A stretch of DNA of 32,000 bases from Coprobacillaceae bacterium (GTDB lineage Bacteria > Bacillota_I > Bacilli_A > Erysipelotrichales > Coprobacillaceae): contig OY780959.1 of assembly GCA_963675915.1 (NCBI GenBank), positions 1,230,001 through 1,262,000 of the forward strand. The letters run 5' to 3'. Both the position numbers and the translations under genes were made by a program. Positions 9,361-15,724 of this stretch are shown one piece after another. The number at the start of each line of letters is the position of its first letter. Position 1 is the first letter of the stretch. Under the pieces are notes generated by a model. The model saw only the letters and a program-made list of their open reading frames with translations. It did not search any database and had not been told where the DNA came from.

Positions 9361-9382
9361 AATATGACAAAGAGGTGTAAAT

Positions 9383-10276
9383 ATGAAAAACAAAATCAAA
9401 GACGACATTAAAGACATTGCGATGGAGTTCGCAGCCAACTACCAGGGTTACGAAGACTTCGATGCGCAACATTGCATCAAACTGCCAAATCTCAAAGTCG
9501 TGCTCGATACGATGAAGGATATCAGAAGATTGGTTTTCCCGGGATATTTCGGACCGGAAAACCCCAAATACAATTCACTTGAAAACTTTGCCGGTAGCAT
9601 TCTGGCCAAGATATATGAAAACCTGCTTGAACAAGTCCAAATTGCTTTGCATTACGAACACGAGGATTGTCCCGAGTTGGTGGAAAAAGCCGAAGATCTC
9701 GTGCTCAACTTCCTCAAATCACTACCGGCGATCCAAACCAAACTGATGAAGGATGTCCAGGCAATGATGGACGGTGATCCGGCTGCCCAGTCCCATGAAG
9801 GAATCATTTTCTCTTATCCGGGACTTTACGCGATCTTTGTTTACCGCATCGCCCACGAACTGTATCAGGCCAAGGTTCCTTTCATTCCCAGAATGATGAG
9901 CGAAGAAGCCCACAGCAAAACCGGAATCGATATCAATCCCGGAGCGACCATCGGAGAATACTTCATGATCGATCACGGGACCGGAATCGTAATCGGGGAG
10001 ACCGCAACCATCGGTGACCATGTCAAAATCTACCAGGGAGTCACTGTCGGCGCCCTTTCGACTGCCAAAGGACAAGGCCTTAAAGGAGTCAAACGTCATC
10101 CGACCATCGAAGACAACGTGGTCTTGTATGCCAATACCACTGTTTTGGGTGGAGAAACCGTAATCGGTAAAAATACCGTAATTGGCGGAAACAGTTTCAT
10201 CACATCTTCGGTACCGGCCAACACCCAGGTGATGATCAGCCTGCCAGAGCACAAATTCAGAAAAATCAAAAAATAG
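9383..10276 (+). CDS. cysE: serine O-acetyltransferase
   Basis: Contains 'DGDPAA', 'YPGLYAIFVYRIAHELY' and the left-handed beta-helix hexapeptide run 'GIDINPGATIGEYFMIDHGTGIVIGETATIGDHVKIYQGVTVG'. GAGG SD lies before ATG 9383. Confidence 0.9.
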   Translation: MKNKIKDDIKDIAMEFAANYQGYEDFDAQHCIKLPNLKVVLDTMKDIRRLVFPGYFGPENPKYNSLENFAGSILAKIYENLLEQVQIALHYEHEDCPELVEKAEDLVLNFLKSLPAIQTKLMKDVQAMMDGDPAAQSHEGIIFSYPGLYAIFVYRIAHELYQAKVPFIPRMMSEEAHSKTGIDINPGATIGEYFMIDHGTGIVIGETATIGDHVKIYQGVTVGALSTAKGQGLKGVKRHPTIEDNVVLYANTTVLGGETVIGKNTVIGGNSFITSSVPANTQVMISLPEHKFRKIKK

Positions 10277-10282
10277 TCATAG

Positions 10283-10311
10283 AAAAACATCGGAAATATT
10301 CCGATGTTTTT
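10283..10311. terminator. bidirectional terminator between cysE and queT
   Basis: AAAAACATCGG-AAATATT-CCGATGTTTTT. Confidence 0.75.
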
Positions 10312-10792
10312 ATTTGGCTTTGATTATCGCCATTATTCGTTCATTTTTTTCAATCAGACCAAAGAGGATCGCTCCGGCAATCAAAACAACCGCTTCCCCG
10401 GCAAAGACGTAGAATGCAGTCAGAGCAAACGGAAGATCCAAGGCCACGTACAGTTCCGCTCCGATAATCAGTCCGGTAATGATTCCGCCAGCCAGTGCCG
10501 CCACAAAACGGTTGTCAAGCCGGTACATCACCACTGTCACAATCAAAGTTGACAAGGTTCCAAAAACCATATCCATCAAGCCCAAAGAGGATGGGATGTT
10601 GGCAATAAAGCACCCCAGAACCAGACCGGGAATGAATTTCTTGTTGTAAAATGCCAAAAAGACCATCACTTCGGAAAAGCGCATCTGAATTTGGCCATAG
10701 CTCAGGGGATAGACTGCAACGGTAAGAACCGCATAAAGAGCCGCAATCAACCCGTTGATGATCATATTTTTCAAATAGTTACTGTTTTTCAT
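10310..10792 (-). CDS. queT: queuosine-precursor transporter QueT
   Basis: 160-aa multi-TM protein (MKNSNYLKNMIINGLIAALYAVLTV...) immediately downstream of a preQ1-I riboswitch. GGAGGAG SD is present. Confidence 0.75.
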   Translation of the reverse strand: MKNSNYLKNMIINGLIAALYAVLTVAVYPLSYGQIQMRFSEVMVFLAFYNKKFIPGLVLGCFIANIPSSLGLMDMVFGTLSTLIVTVVMYRLDNRFVAALAGGIITGLIIGAELYVALDLPFALTAFYVFAGEAVVLIAGAILFGLIEKNERIMAIIKAK

Positions 10793-10836
10793 ATTCTCCT
10801 CCTTCGATAATAGTCGAGAGCCTGAGGAAATAAAAT

Positions 10837-10871
10837 CTTAGTTTTTTATCCTGGGTTTGACTACTAACCAG
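10837..10871 (-). promoter_or_regulatory. preQ1-I riboswitch
   Basis: Minus-strand RNA CUGGUUAGUAGUCAAACCCAGGAUAAAAAACUAAG. It has a P1 stem CUGG/CCAG, loop C-run and the A-rich tail AUAAAAAACUAA, identical to the B. subtilis queC-type consensus tail. Confidence 0.8.
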
Positions 10872-10878
10872 CGACCGT

Positions 10879-10907
10879 ATTGTAACACAGGCCGTCTCAT
10901 CAGTAAA
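10879..10907 (-). promoter_or_regulatory. putative promoter of the preQ1 riboswitch-queT transcript
   Basis: Minus strand: TTTACT (10907-10902), 17-nt spacer, TGtTACAAT (TACAAT = 10884-10879). The predicted start falls just before the aptamer. Confidence 0.45.
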
Positions 10908-10914
10908 CCAAAAC

Positions 10915-10941
10915 AAATTAAAAAGTGGCCAGAGCCACTTT
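10915..10941 (-). terminator. intrinsic terminator downstream of the bglA/manA-remnant unit
   Basis: Minus strand: AAAGUGGC-UCUG-GCCACUUU followed by UUUAAUUUGUUUU. Confidence 0.6.
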
Positions 10942-11093
10942 CATTAACTATGATTGCCCCTTCCGGAGGGCAAGAAGTAAATATTGCTACATATTTAGGA
11001 AGTAATCAAAAGACTCCGGAAGTTGCAATCATCGGATATTTATAATTTTATCAAGATAAAGCTACCCTTGCCTGCAATTTCGCACTCACCCGG

Positions 11094-11560
11094 CTAGGCC
11101 GGAATGAAGATACAATCACCGGCAACCAAATCAAGTGACGTGCTGCCGGCGGTAATTTTTCCCTTACCCTCTATTATTGTCAATGCCTGAAAACTTTCAG
11201 GCGTAATTTCGAGTTTGACCGACTCATTGAGGGTGTGTCTGGTACAACTGAAATAATCGTTCTTGGTGAGCAACATGCGCTCATTGGTGCCTAATTTTTC
11301 CACGGCACCGTGAGGTTCTCCGGTTTTCGAGTTGGGGATAAGTTTCGAAACTTCAGCAGCCTTGTCGATGGGTAGTTATCGGGGATTGCCATCTACGTCC
11401 CGGCGGTTGAAATCGAAAACCCGATAAGTGGAGTTGGAACTTTTTTGAATTTCAGCTATCACCATGCCCGCTCCAATGGCATGAATAGCTCCGGTTTCGA
11501 TGGAAAAACAATCACCTGTCGGCCCGAAACCTTTTTTAAGAACTGCAGCTGGTTAATAAC
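11094..11560 (-). pseudogene. manA: remnant of a class I mannose-6-phosphate isomerase gene
   Basis: The minus-strand frame reads ...TGDCFSIETGAIHAIGAGMVIAEIQKSSNSTYRVFDFNRRDVDGNPR*LPIDKAAEV...EKLGTNERMLL...GDCIFIPA. This is a cupin-type PMI C-terminal half with an in-frame TAA (complement of 11376-11378) and another stop further upstream. No N-terminal half is present. Confidence 0.6.
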
Positions 11561-11593
11561 TACCAATTTTAGCCACAATTTCCATCATTTAAC

Positions 11594-12973
11594 CTAACCA
11601 AGGTCCTCGCCGTTGGATTCGAAGGCTCGCTTGACCCAGGCAAATGATTTTTTGGGGATTCTGGCCAGGTCGCGAAGATCCTTGTTGGTTCGATTGACAA
11701 AGACGAAACCATAACGTTTCGACATATCACACATGCTGGCGGGGATATCGATTGGTCCCCAAGTCACATAGCCAAGACAGTCAACACCTTCTTCGATAAT
11801 CGCGTTTTTCATTTCCTTGATATGTTCGCGATGGTAATCGATTCGGTAATCATCTTCAACTGTCCCGTTTTCATCCAATTCTTCGCGCCATCCGATTCCG
11901 TTTTCCAAAACGAACACCGGCAAGTCGGAACGGGCCGCCAGATCATTGAGGGTCCATCTAAATCCAATCGGATCGATTTCCCATTTCCACTCATTGGAAT
12001 CGAGATTAGGATTGACCACAGTGTGTTCACGGACGATTTCATGATATGGCCGTTTATAGTCGAATTCACCTTCGGTGATTGTATTCGAACGATAATAGCT
12101 AAAAGCGATGTAATCGACCGTGTATTGCAGCAGTTTGTCATCGCCCTCTTCGAAGGTCGGCATCCAACCACGGTTTTCCAGATAAGCAATCATGTAATCC
12201 GGATATTTACCCCGGGCAAACACGTCGCAATGGAATCCATTCATATATTGGTATGCCTGCCAGGCAAACAGATTGTTTTTTGGAGTGTTGGTCAGCGGAT
12301 AAATATTGGTTACCGCATTCATCCCGCAAAACTGAGCATCAGGTTGCAGTTCCCGCAATGCTTTGACCGCCTTGCAATGAGCGATGAAGACATTATGGTT
12401 CACCTGATATAGATGTTTGGCCGGGTTGACCCCATCGGGAATTTCCTCGGCATTGGATACCCGCAGCATCATCCCATGAAGATTCTGTTCATTGAAACTC
12501 ATCCAATGTTTGACGCGGTCACCGAAACGTTCGATACAGACGCGGGCATATCTTTCAAAACAGTCAACGACAAATCTCGATGCAAAGCCATTGTATTCCT
12601 TGACCAGTTTGTAGGGCATGTCAAAATGAACCAGAGTGATCATCGGTTCAATTCCAGCTGCAATCAGTTTGTCGATCAGATCGCTGTAGAACTTGACTCC
12701 TTCTTCATTGACTTGATCGTCGCCATTAGGAATGATTCGCGCCCAACAGATTGAAAAACGATAGAAGTTGAATCCCATCTCTTTCATCAAAGCGATGTCT
12801 TCATCATAACGGTGATAGGAATCGATTGCCACCGACCAGTCGGTGAACTCCGGATTGGTGGGACGGACATCATAGATACAAAGTCCCTTGCCACCTTCAC
12901 CACGGGCCCCTTCAGTCTGAAATGAAGATACCGAACCACCCCAATAGAATTTTTCGGGTAATTTTCTTTTCAC
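11594..12973 (-). CDS. bglA: glycoside hydrolase family 1, 6-phospho-beta-glucosidase
   Basis: GH1 blocks are 'FYWGGSVSSFQTEG', 'YHRYDEDIALMKEMG', 'FNEQN' and 'VLENGIG'. The phospho-sugar type C-terminal block is 'TWGPIDIPASMCDMSKRYGFVFV'. GTG start at 12973 has a GGAGG SD. Confidence 0.85.
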   Translation of the reverse strand: MKRKLPEKFYWGGSVSSFQTEGARGEGGKGLCIYDVRPTNPEFTDWSVAIDSYHRYDEDIALMKEMGFNFYRFSICWARIIPNGDDQVNEEGVKFYSDLIDKLIAAGIEPMITLVHFDMPYKLVKEYNGFASRFVVDCFERYARVCIERFGDRVKHWMSFNEQNLHGMMLRVSNAEEIPDGVNPAKHLYQVNHNVFIAHCKAVKALRELQPDAQFCGMNAVTNIYPLTNTPKNNLFAWQAYQYMNGFHCDVFARGKYPDYMIAYLENRGWMPTFEEGDDKLLQYTVDYIAFSYYRSNTITEGEFDYKRPYHEIVREHTVVNPNLDSNEWKWEIDPIGFRWTLNDLAARSDLPVFVLENGIGWREELDENGTVEDDYRIDYHREHIKEMKNAIIEEGVDCLGYVTWGPIDIPASMCDMSKRYGFVFVNRTNKDLRDLARIPKKSFAWVKRAFESNGEDLG

Positions 12974-13002
12974 AAATTAAGCCTCCTTTGGTTATATACC
13001 TT

Positions 13003-13030
13003 ATTTTAGGTAATTTGGTTCAAATGTAAA
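13003..13030 (-). promoter_or_regulatory. putative bglA promoter
   Basis: Minus strand: TTTACA (13030-13025), 16-nt spacer, TAAAAT (13008-13003). Confidence 0.3.
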
Positions 13031-13088
13031 CACTTTGACTCGGATATATAATTTGTTTTCATCATTTTTGGAATTTATCCTTTTTTTG

Positions 13089-13103
13089 TGAAACTTTGTT
13101 TCA
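13089..13103. promoter_or_regulatory. palindrome TGAAAC-TTT-GTTTCA, candidate operator upstream of bglA
   Basis: Perfect 6-bp arms with a 3-nt spacer. It is cre/LacI-like in flavour but has the wrong spacing for a canonical 14-nt cre. Confidence 0.25.
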
Positions 13104-13224
13104 AATGGCTTTTGACAACTTCCTCCTTATTATCAACAACCAGTTGCTTTGATAACCAGATTCAGTCAGATCGGAGCGGGTATTCAATAGTTTTTTGTAC
13201 CATTATCACAAACGAGTCTTATTT

Positions 13225-13263
13225 TACTAGTGTGTAACATATTTATTTTAATTCACACTAGTA
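13225..13263. repeat. perfect 10-bp inverted repeat in the long AT-rich intergenic region
   Basis: TACTAGTGTG (13225-13234) and CACACTAGTA (13254-13263) separated by 19 nt. The left arm overlaps one of two TTATTTTACTA direct repeats (13219-13229 and 13324-13334). Confidence 0.6.
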
Positions 13264-13544
13264 TACTTTAATACGTTCATTTATTGCGCATTAGTTTCTT
13301 AAATAGAGAGCTCAGACGTAGCTTTATTTTACTAACGAAGGTATTATTGCGGTAATTCTTACAAGTGTATTATTACTCGTTTTGCGAAATAAACAAATTA
13401 ATTTAGGATATATCAAACACTTTTAAGACAATAATCGAAAATTTTAGCCTTTATGCCACAAAATCGCATTTTTTATCGATTATTTTTTAAAATTATTAGA
13501 AATATTCTAAAATTAGTGGTAAAATGACGTTGGGGGATTGTAAC

Positions 13545-14105
13545 ATGATTTATTATTTGATAACAATTGGAGTATTTTTGTTGTATATCATCTACGATAT
13601 CAACTCATTAACTATAAATAGTAAAATATTAAACAAGCTGTTTATCATCGGGACGCTGATCTTCACCACTGAAAATCTGTTCCTGATCAGCCAGATAATA
13701 AATGATGTTGAAATCAACTTCACAACCATTTATTTACTCACGTGTGCACTTATATTTTTTGTGCTCTTGATATATACCTTGTTCTTTTCCTTGCCATTTA
13801 AGGACACCTACATTGACCAGAATCAAGCCAATAAGGTGATTCGAACCGGAATGTACGGACTTTCACGACATATCGGGGTACTTTGGTTTATCCTGATGTA
13901 CGCCTGCCTGGCTCTGGCATTAACCAATTATACATTTACCATTTTCGCAATTATCGCCTGTTTGATGAATCTGATCTACATTGTCTTCCAAGACAACTAC
14001 ACTTTTATCAGACTGTTCGATGATTACGAAGATTACAAAAACGAGGTATCGTTTCTGATACCAAGCCCCGAAGCTATTAAGCGGATAATTTCTAGAAGGA
14101 GATAG
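13545..14105 (+). CDS. integral membrane protein of the ICMT/PEMT-like methyltransferase family (divergent)
   Basis: Has about 5 hydrophobic helices. The C-terminal half carries 'VIRTGMYGLSRHIGVLWF' and a terminal 'FDDYEDYKNEVSFLIP'. These parallel the family pattern 'L.T.G.Y...RHP.Y.G' and 'FG..Y..Y...V...IP'. Here RHP is replaced by RHI. ATG 13545 lies 7 nt after GGGGGA; the track start at 13524 lacks an SD. Confidence 0.6.
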   Translation: MIYYLITIGVFLLYIIYDINSLTINSKILNKLFIIGTLIFTTENLFLISQIINDVEINFTTIYLLTCALIFFVLLIYTLFFSLPFKDTYIDQNQANKVIRTGMYGLSRHIGVLWFILMYACLALALTNYTFTIFAIIACLMNLIYIVFQDNYTFIRLFDDYEDYKNEVSFLIPSPEAIKRIISRRR

Positions 14106-14110
14106 TTACT

Positions 14111-15724
14111 ATGAGTTTCAAAGACGATTACAAATCTAAAACTAAAAAGCAAATCTGGGATGAATACTGCAGTTTTGTGGATTTATCGATAGATGAATTT
14201 ATGGCTATTCAAAATCGTCTGATGAAAGAACAGCTCGATTTATGGCAAAAATCACCTTTGGGCCAATCGCTCCTCAAAAAGAATTTTGCAACTATCGAAG
14301 ACTTCCGACATGAATTCCCATTGACCGACTATCAGGACTACGCTGATATTCTCCTGCTCAAAAAAGATGAAATGTTGCCAGCCAAAGCAGTGATTTGGAT
14401 CAAAACCACCTGGGAAGGTGGCAAACATCCCATCAAGCTGGCACCTTACAGTTCTGAAATGATCGAATCATTCCGGGACAATACCATGGCTTGTGTCATT
14501 ATGGCCTCATCCAAAGAAAAGTACCGTTTCACCGTTGAAAACAACGACACTTTCCTTTACGGTCTGGCGCCATTGCCTTTTGCAACCGGACTGTTGCCTC
14601 GGGCGTTGGCAATGCATACCGATATCGAGTTCTTGCCCAATGTCGAAGATGCCGAAAGCATGAGTTTCTCCGAGCGGAACAAACTGGGATTCAAAATGGG
14701 AATGGAAAAAGGAATCGACTACTTTTTCGGGCTGGCTTCGGTGGCCTACTATATTTCAAAAAGCTTCTCATCAATGGCATCTGGCGGTTCTTCAGGATCA
14801 TCAAGCCGGAAATTGTCGCTAAAAACCATCTTCAAATACATCCGTTCACGCAGCATTTCCAAAAAAGAAAACCGCGATATCATGCCTAAGGACTTCTTCA
14901 AGATGAAGGGTTATATGATTACCGGGGCGGACAGCGACTGCTACAAGGATGAACTGACTGAAATGTGGGGCATCGAACCGCTGGAACTTTTCGCCGGGAC
15001 CGAACCTTCACTGATCGGAGCCGAAGATTTCAACCGCAACGGGATGTATTTCTTCCCCGATGTCTGCTTCTTTGAATTCATCAAGGAATCCGATATGTAC
15101 AAATTGGTTGACAATCCTGAATTGAATCCGAAAACCTATCTCTTCAATGAACTTGAAGTCGGTGCAGTATACGAACTGGTAATCTCGGTTCTTCGCGGCG
15201 GAGCTTTCATGCGCTACCGCATCAAAGATGTTTACCGAGTTGTCGGTAAGAACGAAAAAGGCTTGCCAAGATTCAAATTCGTGGACCGGGCACCTGATGT
15301 AATCGATATTGCCGGCTTCACCAGAATCACCCAGGAACTGATTGAAAGAGTCATCAAATTATCAAACCTTGATATCAGCAACTATACAATCACCAAGGAA
15401 TATAATGAAGAAAACAAACCGCTTCTTCATATGTACGTCGAACTCGACCAGAATACCCTGATCGAATCGGCTTACCTTAAAGATATCCTGGAAAGTCAAT
15501 TGGGGATCTATTTTAGATATATCGATTCCGATTACGTAGCTTTAAAACAAATATTAGGAATGAATCCACTTAAAATTACGATTTTGCGTTGCGGCACCTT
15601 TGCCAAGTACGAAAGTGTCTATGGAACCAAGATGAGATCTTTCAACCCGTCTAAACACTCAGTAAAAGATCTTGTTGACATCCAGCAACGAGTCGGCGAG
15701 TACACGGGGGTCAAATATGATTGA
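14111..15724 (+). CDS. GH3-family (acyl-acid amido synthetase-like, ANL superfamily) protein
   Basis: GH3-type blocks are 'FPLTDYQDY', 'FAGTEPSLIG', 'FFPDVCFFEFI', 'VGAVYELVISVLRGGAFMRYRIKDVYRVVG' and 'LPRFKFVDRAPDVIDIAG'. GGAG SD lies inside the end of the upstream gene, with a 5-nt gap. Confidence 0.7.
   Translation: MSFKDDYKSKTKKQIWDEYCSFVDLSIDEFMAIQNRLMKEQLDLWQKSPLGQSLLKKNFATIEDFRHEFPLTDYQDYADILLLKKDEMLPAKAVIWIKTTWEGGKHPIKLAPYSSEMIESFRDNTMACVIMASSKEKYRFTVENNDTFLYGLAPLPFATGLLPRALAMHTDIEFLPNVEDAESMSFSERNKLGFKMGMEKGIDYFFGLASVAYYISKSFSSMASGGSSGSSSRKLSLKTIFKYIRSRSISKKENRDIMPKDFFKMKGYMITGADSDCYKDELTEMWGIEPLELFAGTEPSLIGAEDFNRNGMYFFPDVCFFEFIKESDMYKLVDNPELNPKTYLFNELEVGAVYELVISVLRGGAFMRYRIKDVYRVVGKNEKGLPRFKFVDRAPDVIDIAGFTRITQELIERVIKLSNLDISNYTITKEYNEENKPLLHMYVELDQNTLIESAYLKDILESQLGIYFRYIDSDYVALKQILGMNPLKITILRCGTFAKYESVYGTKMRSFNPSKHSVKDLVDIQQRVGEYTGVKYD

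Larger units (their letters stand above)
4306..9368. repeat. head-to-tail array of three IS copies bounded and spaced by the octamer AATATGAC
   Basis: AATATGAC occurs at 4306-4313, 5987-5994, 7680-7687 and 9361-9368. Between these octamers each unit starts GGTAGTGTCAAAC and ends GTTTTGACACTACC. Confidence 0.95.

Noticed and set aside
4306-9368. Regularly spaced repeats that might suggest a CRISPR or satellite array
   Set aside because: The repeat unit is 1.67 kb and encodes a transposase bounded by inverted repeats. The 8-bp 'spacers' are identical. This is an IS array, not a CRISPR.
9722-10252. 176-aa antisense ORF inside cysE
   Set aside because: This is a typical artefact of hexapeptide-repeat coding sequence. 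The sense strand has unambiguous serine acetyltransferase motifs.
11822-12754. 196-aa and 113-aa + strand ORFs opposite bglA
   Set aside because: They are embedded antisense to a complete GH1 gene and have no motifs or SD.
12974-13544. c-di-GMP riboswitch, T-box or RAT antiterminator in the long intergenic region (also looked for in 21228-21429)
   Set aside because: I found none of the conserved cores by eye on either strand (GEMM GCAAA/ACGCAAAGC blocks, T-box AGGGUGGNACCGCG, RAT GGAUUGUUACUG). A covariance-model scan would be needed to exclude them formally.
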